A stretch of 63,321 bases of DNA, taken from the NCBI GenBank assembly GCA_944383295.1, contig CALWOW010000035.1, positions 1 to 63,321 on the forward strand, read 5' to 3'. Shown here one piece after another: positions 29,601 through 36,600 of the stretch (positions are counted from its first letter, which is position 1; every line of letters starts with the position of its first letter). Source of the stretch: an uncultured Clostridia bacterium (GTDB lineage Bacteria; Bacillota; Clostridia; Christensenellales; UBA1242). The position numbers were made by a program, and so were the translations under genes. The notes beneath the pieces are model-generated. The model had not been told where the DNA came from. It did no database searches and worked only from the letters and a program-made list of their open reading frames with translations.

Positions 29601-32222
29601 GCTGGTGGAATGGCTGGAATTACAAACAACGACATCACTTATTCAATAACCACTACATCAGTGCAAGCAAGAGTACAATCTGTTGAAAACATTTCGGCAA
29701 TAGGTGCTATTTGCGGATTGCAACAATATGATAATTCAAGAATTGTTTACACATATTATAGTGCAGAAATGAGTGGCTTGTTGGATAACTTTGGTACAAA
29801 CTTAACCGCAATGCAAATGCTAAATGCGGATAACTTTAAAGTTAATAACGTACAAGTGCTGACTACTGACAAATGGACTTTTGCAACTGAAAGTGATGTA
29901 AACGGAAATGCGCAACAATGTTCTATACTTTATCCAAAAGCAGTTGCTAACAATATTGACACCGCACGTGGTGGATATGTTACTCCATACATAATTCAAG
30001 ATTTGGATATGTTAGAAGGTTTAATGGCTGAAGATACTCAAACAGAAAAAACTGTTATATTTGATGTTGAAGAAATAAATATAACGCAATTACCAAAACT
30101 TGAAATTTCTAATGTAAGAAAAATTATTGGTAATGGCTTAAAAATAATTGTAGCTCCATCAAACTTTGTTGGAAGTGTAGATGCAAATATTGGTTTATTT
30201 GCTGAAATACCTAAAAATGTAGTAGTTTCAAGTATTACACTTGATATAAGTCAAATTTCGATTCGTACAAGTTCAAACTTTAATTTTGGTGGTATTGCTG
30301 GAACTAACAACGGTGGTATTTATAATTGTATCGTTGGCAGTTTGACAGCTTATACTCCAAAAATAAACTACGCTTCAAACTTTGTAGATATAAAGACAAA
30401 ATTTGAAGATAATTTTGCAGGGTTAATTGAAAACAGTCAGTCAATATTCAAATTTGAATTAACTGATACAAGCAATTCAAGTTTAGGTACTTTGGTAGGT
30501 GTAAACAAAGGTAATATCTTCGGTTCATTCGTAATTGCTGATATAAGCGTAAACAATGCTTCAACAGGAGAAGTTAACCTAGGTGGAATTGCTGGGAAAA
30601 TGCAAAATTCTTGGTTAAGTAACTCAATATCACAAGGTAGAGTTATCATTAAAAATGTAACAAACAGTAGTAGAGTCGGTGGCGTTGTTGGGCAAGTAGT
30701 TGGAGGCAGAATTGATGCCGTACTCGCTAACTCAAATGTAATGACCTTTGATGGAAACAAAAATTATACGGGTTTTGCTTTTGGGTTGTTTAGTGGTATT
30801 TCAAACGGAGTAGTTGTAAATCAAGATATTAGCGGAAACTTATCAATAAATGATGTTAACAATTTCTACAACAGTACTTTAACAACTGCTGAATTGCTAG
30901 CTGGTAGCAAGTTTAATAACATAGTTAAAAATTCTGTTAACCAATACAACAATATTTGGGTTGTGGGAGATACTGTAAATAATTACGGCTATCCATATTT
31001 CAACACATTGAAAAATATTTCTCTAAATACTGGTGATGGTACTATAAGCAATCCTTATCAGTTAAGGGAAGGAACGGAACTAATTCGTGCGACTATGTCA
31101 AATGCAACAGGAAAGCATTTTGTATTAGTGAGAGATTCTATGATATCCAGTGCGATTTTGGAAACCACATCAAAATCAACTGTATATGCTAAAACATTAA
31201 GTGGCGATGGCCATATCGTATTAGTAAATAAGTATATTGAGCCAAGTTCAAGTGGTGGCACTCTCAACATAGGCCTATTTAGAGTGATTTCGGAGCAAAC
31301 TAGCGTCAGCGGTTTGGGAGTTGTGTTTAACGAATTTACGATAAATAATACTGCTACAATTAATTTCGGTGGAATTGCTTGCGAAAACAAAGGTACAATT
31401 AGTAATTGTAGCGTCGTTGGATTAGGGGAAATTAATCTTGCTTCATTATCTAATAGTAAAATAGGTGGACTTGTAGGGCAAAATAGTGGAGGCATTCTAA
31501 ACAGTTGGGCAGATATTGACTTTGAAGTAAAAGATGGTTTTGTTGGTGGTCTTGTAGGACTTTTGGGAAAAGGTACTTCAGCAAATACTGAAAGTACGGC
31601 TTATATTAGAAATTGTTTTGCAAATGGCAACATAACTGCAAATCAAGATACTTCAAAAACATCATACAAGCAAACCTCAATCGGTGGACTTGTTGGTCTT
31701 GCAAACGCTTATTTGTCTTCGGGTAGAAGTATAGAAAATTGCTATGTTTATGGTAGTAAAATACAAGTAGCTTACACAGGTTCGTATGTAGGCGCATTGA
31801 TAGGTAATGCTGTGAAGTTTAACACATATAGGACTTATGCTTATGTGTATACACCTGGTAGGCTAGATACAGGAAAGTTAGGCGCAGGTAATTACGAAAA
31901 TCTTGCAATGACAGGAAACGTAATAGAAGGCGCATACGACAACACAAGTATAATTGCGGTTTGGTTGGGCGTAAATCAAGGTGAAGTAGGTAGCAGAAAA
32001 ACCGAAAATGATTTGTGTCCTGTTACAAGTGTAAGTATAATGAGAAGTACTGCAATAGGTAGTGGTTGTTATGCTGAATGGATAACATCAAACTGGACAA
32101 GAAATATGGGTGTTGGTAATATGAACGAATACTTACTGTACTTAAATGAAGTAACTCCTATCGATAAACAAGAAACTAACTCAAGCGATTTAAGTGCTGA
32201 AAGTATCTTTGAGTACTTTTAA
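17655..32222 (+). CDS. Giant lipoprotein (4855 aa) with Ig-like repeats and multiple GLUG-type beta-helix modules; putative adhesin
   Basis: Lipobox LVG-C23, Big_2-like segments (e.g. VTAKGAGTTVMRVTS, VTGLKDGTTDLTI), many GG(L/I)(V/I/A)G motifs, and repeated NPY.I module heads. Confidence 0.8.
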   Translation: MKSKYFALLLLVISTAFFGLVGCGDSYANLKVEVSTTEISLFDSDDAETNSTLITATVQGASDSMLKDVDFWFKDKNVAKAEVVSLDGNESTIRVTAKGAGTTVMRVTSRENSEIMSEDINVSVYRDAESMTFRDVKPTLEVGSSLKLETGTLISFTPSRVYPNEAVFSMMLPDNPLWNVDYGAAALTGVYIEDNVLYADANAQCGIAQIEAKMANGVSCAVYVMIYKSIDETAFTLYNGADEVDSLKFAINSDELNSATLTIFINDAEQNYVIRTETTDDILVAATPDEFGDFDVSVMDSGFTQLVINVDLINPVTNGVYKTFSRYYDVEIVRIAKQVIVSGPNTVATSEPVTMYVQDYYENISGSEAHILVSPPEAKDCSYEIKVLEIDGSSEGIDEKLDSLLILVSGRTYVNIKDYLGYLPYEYGELLRNDTSFYVALNGDQIKESVKLSIQANTYDDALPIVTNEITFIVKAGVREITPSTDKLEVAVDGSAGFSVDFTTSKGENIGNPTFTFEFKDSEIAKIENDPNEAYAYIVTGLKDGTTDLTIRADNGFAITITVAVYLNLTDFYLTTDRMYENSNIAEETWNAEDYVNEIDGLYDKGVTHLTVKQNATLTVSCVYAPVGSDKNSVKVYLATYDTDGTYISLSDLNAENKFSFYARKATPKDEPVQIIVRFSFNKQIDNGVWEQVIGERILYVTVYTPLSVYYWNGTNNQKNITEQLYDKNSLYYEQQDLASVELSTFINTNATVFQNGGTIEWTVQDEDLISISANGTSAKITANLDPVLNPLSRYETYVYASVVEYGKRTTLTCKVIILKPQLVESITVTNFKQAEGIRLNDLGGEKRTTFTLNTVVSPKNVFNSNLGYKIYNAEYGEGSIPVATTPFEGAEDEAIIQLDPNNPSKIIAKKAGIAVVRIYPLDRIISPDTELSPAWYVDVWVVVEDGVLNPYSIYTAEEFIAIGSSAQALTKNYVLMQTIDLSKYTDSLPIGKEFGSNFSGTLDTYRYGTNNKFSVVGIQLNNTLITENEVLGGLFGKISGKISNINFTFTSSQFDLTNTVAEITNNVLSVRDIYLGLLAGKIEGNTVEQSLENVEVKLSNYEDRTLYIYGIDDAEYTIYFGAVAGSVSGNLSTVYTEIAVQLDVEATKTFVGGLVGEFTGARLGQTTDTLSKVKINVIRDDVYSDGSAIGGLIGVISKDSTIYSQNVIGSIVATNSINVGGLAGINLGTLGLFENNTEYRVLAGVKIQGYKNIGGLIGLNNGQDENVGIINYARVENYETTGLTPTQQALAIGIENVGGLVGQTLGGRITYSYAMSYVKQLTMTKYGTGDFYGDVVGASNVGGFIGLAKNVYIMSCFAKSNVQIVTDLGAFENYAGGGFVGKYEIEGVVSLANSVILNSYAQGKILTNNTNLNETGELIGYYQVPETNSANYVDTCYAHVIITNISGENEIVGRNLIGTNVRNANVSNCFYLADTTDTDSGAVSSEDMVVNFEKGDYNTKVSYIGWSFGDKDSTSAWVEYDPTLDMVGVNDDLPLLYDYDRSWLYNQAITDIQVTALTYKDDEDLLPTYFQFNGAGAAASVVVLENIDLDENGNKSLYLYNTNETRGMFEIQVLPEIDPEKWSISVTSSNYAIAEIQQNSLNLLNAKIIFKRTGLVTITFQSLLDVSEKQEVLINVIGGFSNYDLLDENDNSLIADGQNELLIKKGYGKVLLPIFTTREYTDSLGLKYETVSADYFDFVNYPFENGSTYVPTSTAHLLNGKESIDYQEVFVTPYVALNFGDGKTYNHVFTELKKNFYVKVYNGISSAGLSAKEATLTSSENLTIKLEVVTDNTATVQIDEPIIYKNGADTPLQDNSEVLTALPQNSEENITDELITNRYLLQLDESNRALTSQVAYEILFNVYDENGILYGTYTFNLVFIPSPIIRVDISHYTYGVESMENGEVSSNLISPGTKGLLKIETTPYYAYYDYMLVSSSIDNATGQKVQLMQAVNQNGKFKTLEAQYNQNGALITQKITGYDSTGNAYFNGIIYVVTLVGSNLLEGTSFIVSATAMRNGESAYVFPPTQFNLITTFAPYATLTLDNSNGDTVARGTVANFRLQGILYNSTITVLSADYGLGLDLTKTQLCVFGDVRKTFGNGQKENVDILIPFYVGILASPNNSKITITLQIDSTTSTGGMLNPLILQYTIYIVDYAIDSVYVNDAQSGVLNASIRTYSTLQAGWNLVTPSITDFENYIGASEEDLENFRVARDAILESAERKLSLINGQGDGQGGVWWFNNGTGYTTIQSAYSYTDFIVSYTTMNDGNSYYIIKGKNLTSNLDFKLYYKGYYVYDALNNCFCFTLESELTGVASQDILASYQNIFEQLFRVNIINNTTDDTPDLVDSVEKFRSMTEGASYMLTTDLVLDNWTPINTAITSLDGNGHIIYLRSFAQNTNTGTVNYGLFDTLQKGTVLKNLIIDVSNNIFVDLQNTSNVNFGFIAGVNDGGIIYNCDVVVTQSKENWTTIYNNTTHIASNNSNFAFASSIFNQMLQGKDQYVDNNTLASTFILTDKSSTSNVVTTYIGGLVGVNSGYITNCRIGRVDGNILGVDRVDRKYALQGINIFASGNVGGLVGQNNGVISNSYFANGTVVNYSMSIFSQTNQNGAKTGGLVADQTSAGRIESSYAVGQIGDTAQASLGGIKAYGTIGGLVHSNAGSIKNSYANMPLSSSNAMGGFVYQNTGKASVEYCYSMSKINSSGLINGVFTGVDQEGNVLNSQESVVKNCYYLATDNNFVDANEPATAISSLEWSNAQGVAFDGFAIADNETSTWYINAEKTYLGPQLRFADKVMYSFRSEDYTYDSTCVLGSESNPLIIADIEDWQNIFYYPDLGGTMRSPYMDVNPNYSTGGAQYVFGDYYVNLVADIDFGESMHSTSYDTIFEGKFFGNGYNITGLNYRQTSSITTTRKDFGLFNSIENGFVTNLNINVANEITIRARHVGTLAGSANNVYLENITISGQTTNSYITGLNMVGSLVGLVLGDSEIRNIQSSISVNAISATATSGLYNYYYRSALNKAESDFSYAGGIIGVVDLNEEENSEQNPRIQNLVTRGNANIYGEIAGGVLGLLDSTSEAKQLEFIIEADTQSDINPNIRGSNFSGGLIGENRGRLLNSRIGLKINTQIQIDTNISSTDNARNYIGYTGLFASNDKSTAVGGLVGLNAGGWINNSYSRATVYANNAYIAGGIIGLAINAPNSYVPTDNDATLKYLRNLSNIENVFNDTGMVYSLESSKIKTKGTFSFSATLKEVYTTGAVNAEKVIGGVVGANIGAPMFANSTEALIAGINNFDAQDLTFTSKLDNADYYIGGLVGYLGFKVNDTNEGVVPLVSSFEISGEYSLGTASQKSKVVGSVAGKNIKTIGNVTNPNHTTSTIDFLTVATDPEDKTFDGFNETVWNIDKTKTSHRFAILKASYSATVSNIETAQQLLEFLSNTNTNSYGKIVKDNLVVTGTDWANYVVDTKNSKYTIATSMDEAVTGRLEGAVPYTVEGQSTTKSATVIFRDFSSAQAKAFDSLFGFTKNFRVLNINFVFEFTPDLTENGVNVTKNPISNFGLLAQESNSTYYENISLTFNNDNTLKTNNLENLALIVGLAQSCNFTNVNVNGKIETIENYSSTSAVNIGALFGLGKVTNTISGTTFGNFALNYTSNNNYSLNFGGLAGQADGILNVRGVVLEKQNNLNVDITVTANNNTNALNIAGVVGNITGTARLQNFVVDGEISINRTNGQDNSVSNMAGIVGSTKNTNIANVTSLVNISGQVNGGSVYAGGVAGQIINEQEFTGTGTTMQFSGYLTEYVTNKGNISLQANSNNSIFIGGIFGYAENDLILANSKVVPSGQPRLIYNGLYSSGKLQVSSASNRIYAGGLIGSVVQGRLQGVDGYVELDKPNNILKISDSAFMGQLLIENLQSSNSYNALGGIAGNTQLAIADSLSNGVVSFDAENAISIYAGGMAGITNNDITYSITTTSVQARVQSVENISAIGAICGLQQYDNSRIVYTYYSAEMSGLLDNFGTNLTAMQMLNADNFKVNNVQVLTTDKWTFATESDVNGNAQQCSILYPKAVANNIDTARGGYVTPYIIQDLDMLEGLMAEDTQTEKTVIFDVEEINITQLPKLEISNVRKIIGNGLKIIVAPSNFVGSVDANIGLFAEIPKNVVVSSITLDISQISIRTSSNFNFGGIAGTNNGGIYNCIVGSLTAYTPKINYASNFVDIKTKFEDNFAGLIENSQSIFKFELTDTSNSSLGTLVGVNKGNIFGSFVIADISVNNASTGEVNLGGIAGKMQNSWLSNSISQGRVIIKNVTNSSRVGGVVGQVVGGRIDAVLANSNVMTFDGNKNYTGFAFGLFSGISNGVVVNQDISGNLSINDVNNFYNSTLTTAELLAGSKFNNIVKNSVNQYNNIWVVGDTVNNYGYPYFNTLKNISLNTGDGTISNPYQLREGTELIRATMSNATGKHFVLVRDSMISSAILETTSKSTVYAKTLSGDGHIVLVNKYIEPSSSGGTLNIGLFRVISEQTSVSGLGVVFNEFTINNTATINFGGIACENKGTISNCSVVGLGEINLASLSNSKIGGLVGQNSGGILNSWADIDFEVKDGFVGGLVGLLGKGTSANTESTAYIRNCFANGNITANQDTSKTSYKQTSIGGLVGLANAYLSSGRSIENCYVYGSKIQVAYTGSYVGALIGNAVKFNTYRTYAYVYTPGRLDTGKLGAGNYENLAMTGNVIEGAYDNTSIIAVWLGVNQGEVGSRKTENDLCPVTSVSIMRSTAIGSGCYAEWITSNWTRNMGVGNMNEYLLYLNEVTPIDKQETNSSDLSAESIFEYF

Positions 32223-32256
32223 ATAAGAAAACCGCAATATGCGGTTTCTTATTTTT
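32221..32256 (+). terminator. Intrinsic terminator of the giant lipoprotein gene
   Basis: AAATAAGAAAACCGCA / TGCGGTTTCTTATTT hairpin followed by Ts. Confidence 0.75.
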
Positions 32257-32261
32257 ATAAT

Positions 32262-32294
32262 AAAAAAGTATCCATATTTTTAGGATACTTTTTT
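32262..32294 (-). terminator. Intrinsic terminator of the rho-like gene
   Basis: AAAAAAGTATCC / GGATACTTTTTT hairpin abutting the stop codon. Confidence 0.7.
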
Positions 32295-33535
32295 TATATT
32301 TTACGAATTGTTTCAGCATAAGTTTTATCTTTTTCAAAAAATTCCAAATCACCTTTAACATATGCATCATAATTCAATTTTATATGACAATTACATAAGT
32401 CATCTAATTGCTCTACATATTCATTAAAAGTATCAATAGAGCAGTGTGATGTTGCGCAAATAATAGTCAAACTACCGTTTTGAGTGTTTTTGCTTAATGC
32501 AAGTAATTTTTTAAATTGTTGCAAAATATCATCATAATATTCTTGTACATTGCTACTTCTTTCACTTAAAATATTACGAATTGTTTGCATTAGCATAACA
32601 ATATCATCAATTATTAAAATTGCATTTTCACCATTTTCACACAATCTTTTTGCTCGTTCGTATGCCAATTCGTAATAAAGTAACAAATCTTGTGGAAGTG
32701 TATCAAAAGTAGTAAATATATAATCTACTTGGTCCAAATAAATTCTTTCTTCTGGGCGCTTGCTAGTAGCAAGGAAGACAACCGCATACTTACGTTCCAA
32801 ATCTTTTGCAATACTATTTGTCAAATAAGTTTGTCCGCTACCTAATTTTCCGCTTATCATTACACGTTGCCCAAGATGTATAGGGCATATGTTATTTAAA
32901 AATTGTAGTTGTGGTAAATCAAACTTAATTTGTTCACCAAGAGAGCAGGGAAGTAAATTATCAAAGTTTACTCTTTTAATTTCTGCGGGATTTTGCTGAT
33001 TGATTTTGATAATTTTAGTTACAATAGGTTTTGTATTTTTATTTTCTACAATACACTCGACATAGTCTGTTTCGTGAATTTTGTTTGCATAAGTTACAGA
33101 AGGGTCAACAACCACATAAGAAGTAGTGTCTATTTTACTCAAAGTACCTTTCATAATGTAAAGTGTATTATTTATTTTTTTTGCGATACCACTAAAAACA
33201 TTATTTTCAATCTGTTGTTTGCTACCAGCAGTAGAACAAAAAGTTCCAAAAATGCTATTTGAATTACCAAATGTATAGTTTATGCTTGAATCATAGCCAA
33301 CAACTTTATTCCAATCTTCATCAGGTATAATTTCACGCCTATGAGGTCTGCCACTTTTTATTTTTTCATATGGCTCAATTTGACCTTTAACAACCATTTT
33401 TATAGCGTTTCTTAATTCTTCTGTCTTCATTGCAGTAGGGTTTTTAACACCTATTTTTGAGCCAACTTCACGTAACTGATAAAGATTAAGAGAAGAAAGT
33501 TTATTAATATCAACATTATATTTTTCTTTTGTCAT
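32294..33535 (-). CDS. rho: Transcription termination factor Rho homolog with degenerate ATPase motifs, 413 aa
   Basis: GGAG RBS before ATG 33535. Rho_N-like start (LYQLREVGSKIGVKN...EELRNAI), GQRVMISGKLGSGQT, KRPEE, ILIIDD and NGSLTIICAT align with Rho motifs, but key residues are substituted. Confidence 0.75.
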   Translation of the reverse strand: MTKEKYNVDINKLSSLNLYQLREVGSKIGVKNPTAMKTEELRNAIKMVVKGQIEPYEKIKSGRPHRREIIPDEDWNKVVGYDSSINYTFGNSNSIFGTFCSTAGSKQQIENNVFSGIAKKINNTLYIMKGTLSKIDTTSYVVVDPSVTYANKIHETDYVECIVENKNTKPIVTKIIKINQQNPAEIKRVNFDNLLPCSLGEQIKFDLPQLQFLNNICPIHLGQRVMISGKLGSGQTYLTNSIAKDLERKYAVVFLATSKRPEERIYLDQVDYIFTTFDTLPQDLLLYYELAYERAKRLCENGENAILIIDDIVMLMQTIRNILSERSSNVQEYYDDILQQFKKLLALSKNTQNGSLTIICATSHCSIDTFNEYVEQLDDLCNCHIKLNYDAYVKGDLEFFEKDKTYAETIRKI

Positions 33536-33557
33536 TTTTTTCTCCAAATTCGATATA

Positions 33558-33631
33558 ATTTTATCATAGTGTATATTTTTTGTAAACAATTTTTGCAGTT
33601 TTTTACAAAAAGTTACAAAAAATTACAAAAA
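33558..33631 (-). promoter_or_regulatory. SigA-type promoter of the rho-like gene with phased upstream repeats
   Basis: Minus strand TTTACA-17 bp-TAAAAT with extended TG; TTACAAAAA at 33603, 33613 and 33623 (10-bp period). Confidence 0.5.
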
Positions 33632-33649
33632 TATAAAAACATAATATAA

Positions 33650-33681
33650 AATAAAAAAGACCATGATGGTCTTTTTTTATT
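33650..33681 (-). terminator. Intrinsic terminator of the 2790-aa gene
   Basis: AATAAAAAAGACCA-tga-TGGTCTTTTTTTATT overlapping the stop codon. Confidence 0.75.
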
Positions 33682-36600
33682 ATCTTACTTTCATACGTGT
33701 ACGCATTAATACAAATGTGATTATCAACCCAATGACAACTACTACTGCTACTACAATAAGTATAATTGCTGCAGTATTAAGTGGGACAGTAATGGTGATT
33801 CTGTTACTTGTCAATATATTTCCACTTGCAGATTGTAATTGTATTACGTATACATTAGGGTCTGAGTATGTAAATATTAGAGGTTCAATATTAGAGCCAT
33901 TCTCTGCGTTAATTGCTAAAACTTGAGTATTGTTTACTACCAAGAAGCAATCGCCAACTCTTTCGTAAATGCTAGCAGGGTTGATTGTAATAGTAAAGCT
34001 ACCTGTGCCCGAAGAACCCCAACTACGGCTTGTATTGATTATAGGCTCTTCGTTATTAATCCAGAAGTTGAATGTATAATCTTGACTTGGATTGTATCCC
34101 GAACCAGCATAGCGAACTGTTACTTCGTATCTACCAACACCAAAATTATCAGGGTCAACATAGAATGTGTAGATCTTGGCATTGTCACCACGAACTAAAT
34201 CAGTTATATCCGTTCCAGAACGTACTATTTTTATAACTTCATATCCGGTCATTGATGCAAATTCATAACTTGCTAGTGCTTCCGTACTTGAAAGAAGCGT
34301 AAATTGATAATTTGCTAGTAAATCTGCAGAGTTTGTACCTACTATAGATTTTATCGAGCCACGCATTGAAACATTATATACTCCAGGCTCAGTAAATATA
34401 TAATGACCATTTGTAGGAGCGAGTGAGTACTCAACATTATTTCTTGTGATAGTAACTGCCATTGAGTCATATTCACTCAAATCGCCAGAGAATGTTAGAG
34501 GAATATAAATATCTACAGGTTGAGAGTATGTTGCATATTGAATAGGGGCAAGGTTATTTACGTAAAATACAACATCATTAATAATTGTTAGGGTAAACTC
34601 ATTGTATCCCGAGCCAAAGTATTGATTTTGTCCAACAGCATCATAAATTCTAATTTTGTAAATTCCTGATTGTGTTAAGGTAATGCTTCCGTTGGTGTAA
34701 ACTCCAACTTTAACTCCATTGTACCAAAGTTCGAGATTGTAAAAATCAGCATAGATATAGTCGTATGTATCACTTTCAACTACTGAATTATCTTCGTATG
34801 TAGTTTTCCAGGTTAAAGTAGCTTTTGCTGTTTCAGTGTCAGTTTCCTTTGTGTAAATGTTTTTAAGTTCAGTGGTCATCGTTTCGCCGTTAATTCTAAA
34901 ATCAGTACTTGACGAAATATTGTCTGAAGGAATACGAGTAACCGCAAAATATGTGCTGATTATATGCGTTGTTGTACCATACACATTATAAACTCTAGTA
35001 TTTCCAAATTCTGCTATTTGTCTGTAAGATAATCCTTTGTCTTCATTACATATTATTTCTATTGTTCTAGACCATACACGGTCGGAACTTAAGAAGAAAT
35101 AATGTGGCATTGTGTAATTTACTCCAAGTATAGTGCAACTATAATCTACGCTATGTGGCGTAAGAGGTGTTGTCGTGTTATCCGAATTTATTTGATTTAC
35201 ACCATAAATTGCTACCGCATATGACCTAATTGTAAAGGTTTGACTTCCGCTAACAAATTTTCCTAATGAATTATACAAGTTGACTGTATAAACTCCTTCT
35301 GCTTCTACTGTTGTAGGGGAAGTGATGACGGTTTCGACACCATTTGGACTAACTAAAGTAACATAAGGTGAGAACAATGCATCAACGTCAACCCAACTAA
35401 TCAAAACTGATTTTGATGTTACTTGATTAAGAAGAGGTGAGCCAGCTGTGTCAGTTAAAGCAATTCGTGGGAAGTGAGTGTAGATAATGAAACTATAATT
35501 AGTTGCTGTGTCAGTGTAATTATCAACTGATATGTTTATTAGATAATTAATATTGATAGGAGCTCTAAACGTTAGAGTAGTAATACTTTGTGTCCAATCA
35601 TCAAATTCATAACCAAAATATTGTGAATTTGTATCCAAATCTTGTATTATATCACCAGCAACATTTGTATAGAGTACTGTATTAGTATCTAAATCGGTAA
35701 TGCTTAATTGTATTCTTAAAGCATTAGAATCATAAACAAACTTTGTTTCACTAGAAGTATATGTATATAATTTCCCATCATAAGTTTGTTCAGTTGTTGC
35801 ACCACTGTATTCCAAGTATTTTACAATAGAACTGTCAATAGGATACGAGAAACTTGTTGTTCTGCCAAAGTTATCTACAAATTCAAATTTATAAATAATA
35901 TTTGAGCCAGAAGATAAGTTAAATATAAATCCATTTGCAATACTAGGCGCATCAAAATCACTTTCTTTTGTTGGTAAAGGTGTTAATTTAGAGTCAGTAG
36001 ATTGCAAAGCACCATTCAAATAAACTCTAAATGCTACAATTTTTGTAGATAGGGTAGTACTAGGTAACTTAATAGTAAATGTATTGTCAGCATTTATAGT
36101 TATTAATTGAAGGAATGCATCTGCATTTGGTACAAGTTCCAATCCTGGAGTGTTGATGTAGAAGTTGATGTTGTTTGAAGAATCAATTCTATCATCAATA
36201 GTTACTTGTATTTGACTTCCATATTTGTCAAAGTTTTCTTGTGCGGTTTTTTCAATAAATGCATTTAATTCGGTAACTATGTCTGCTAATGAAGTGAGTA
36301 ATGTTCCTTTAAACATTGACACATTTGACAAAGTATTTTCTGGTGCAAGATAATATGTTTTTTCAGTTTGATTCATCAAATCTTTAAAGGTAAATCTTAA
36401 CCAAGTGTCTGCATTTGAAATAGTTTCTACTCTAAAGGCTTCGCTATTAAATACTTTTTTAGCATCTTTTGTATAATAAACATTGTTATTGTTATAAACT
36501 ACAGTTCCGTCATTTATGTTGGTATTAAAAATATAGTGTTGGTCGCCGATAGATGCGTTGATTTCGTTTATGCTATCTGTTACATAAACAGTATATACAC

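Noticed and set aside
17655-32222. Giant protein as a ZmpB/IgA1-type metalloprotease or a DGR target
   Set aside because: GLUG motifs are shared with those proteases, but I noticed no HExxH catalytic region (not exhaustively scanned). No reverse transcriptase or template/variable repeat pair is present.
33536-33589. Longer upstream starts given by the ORF track (rho-like 33589, and likewise 790, 12157, 44294, 59705)
   Set aside because: Downstream ATGs have clear Shine-Dalgarno sequences, and some upstream extensions overlap predicted promoter elements.
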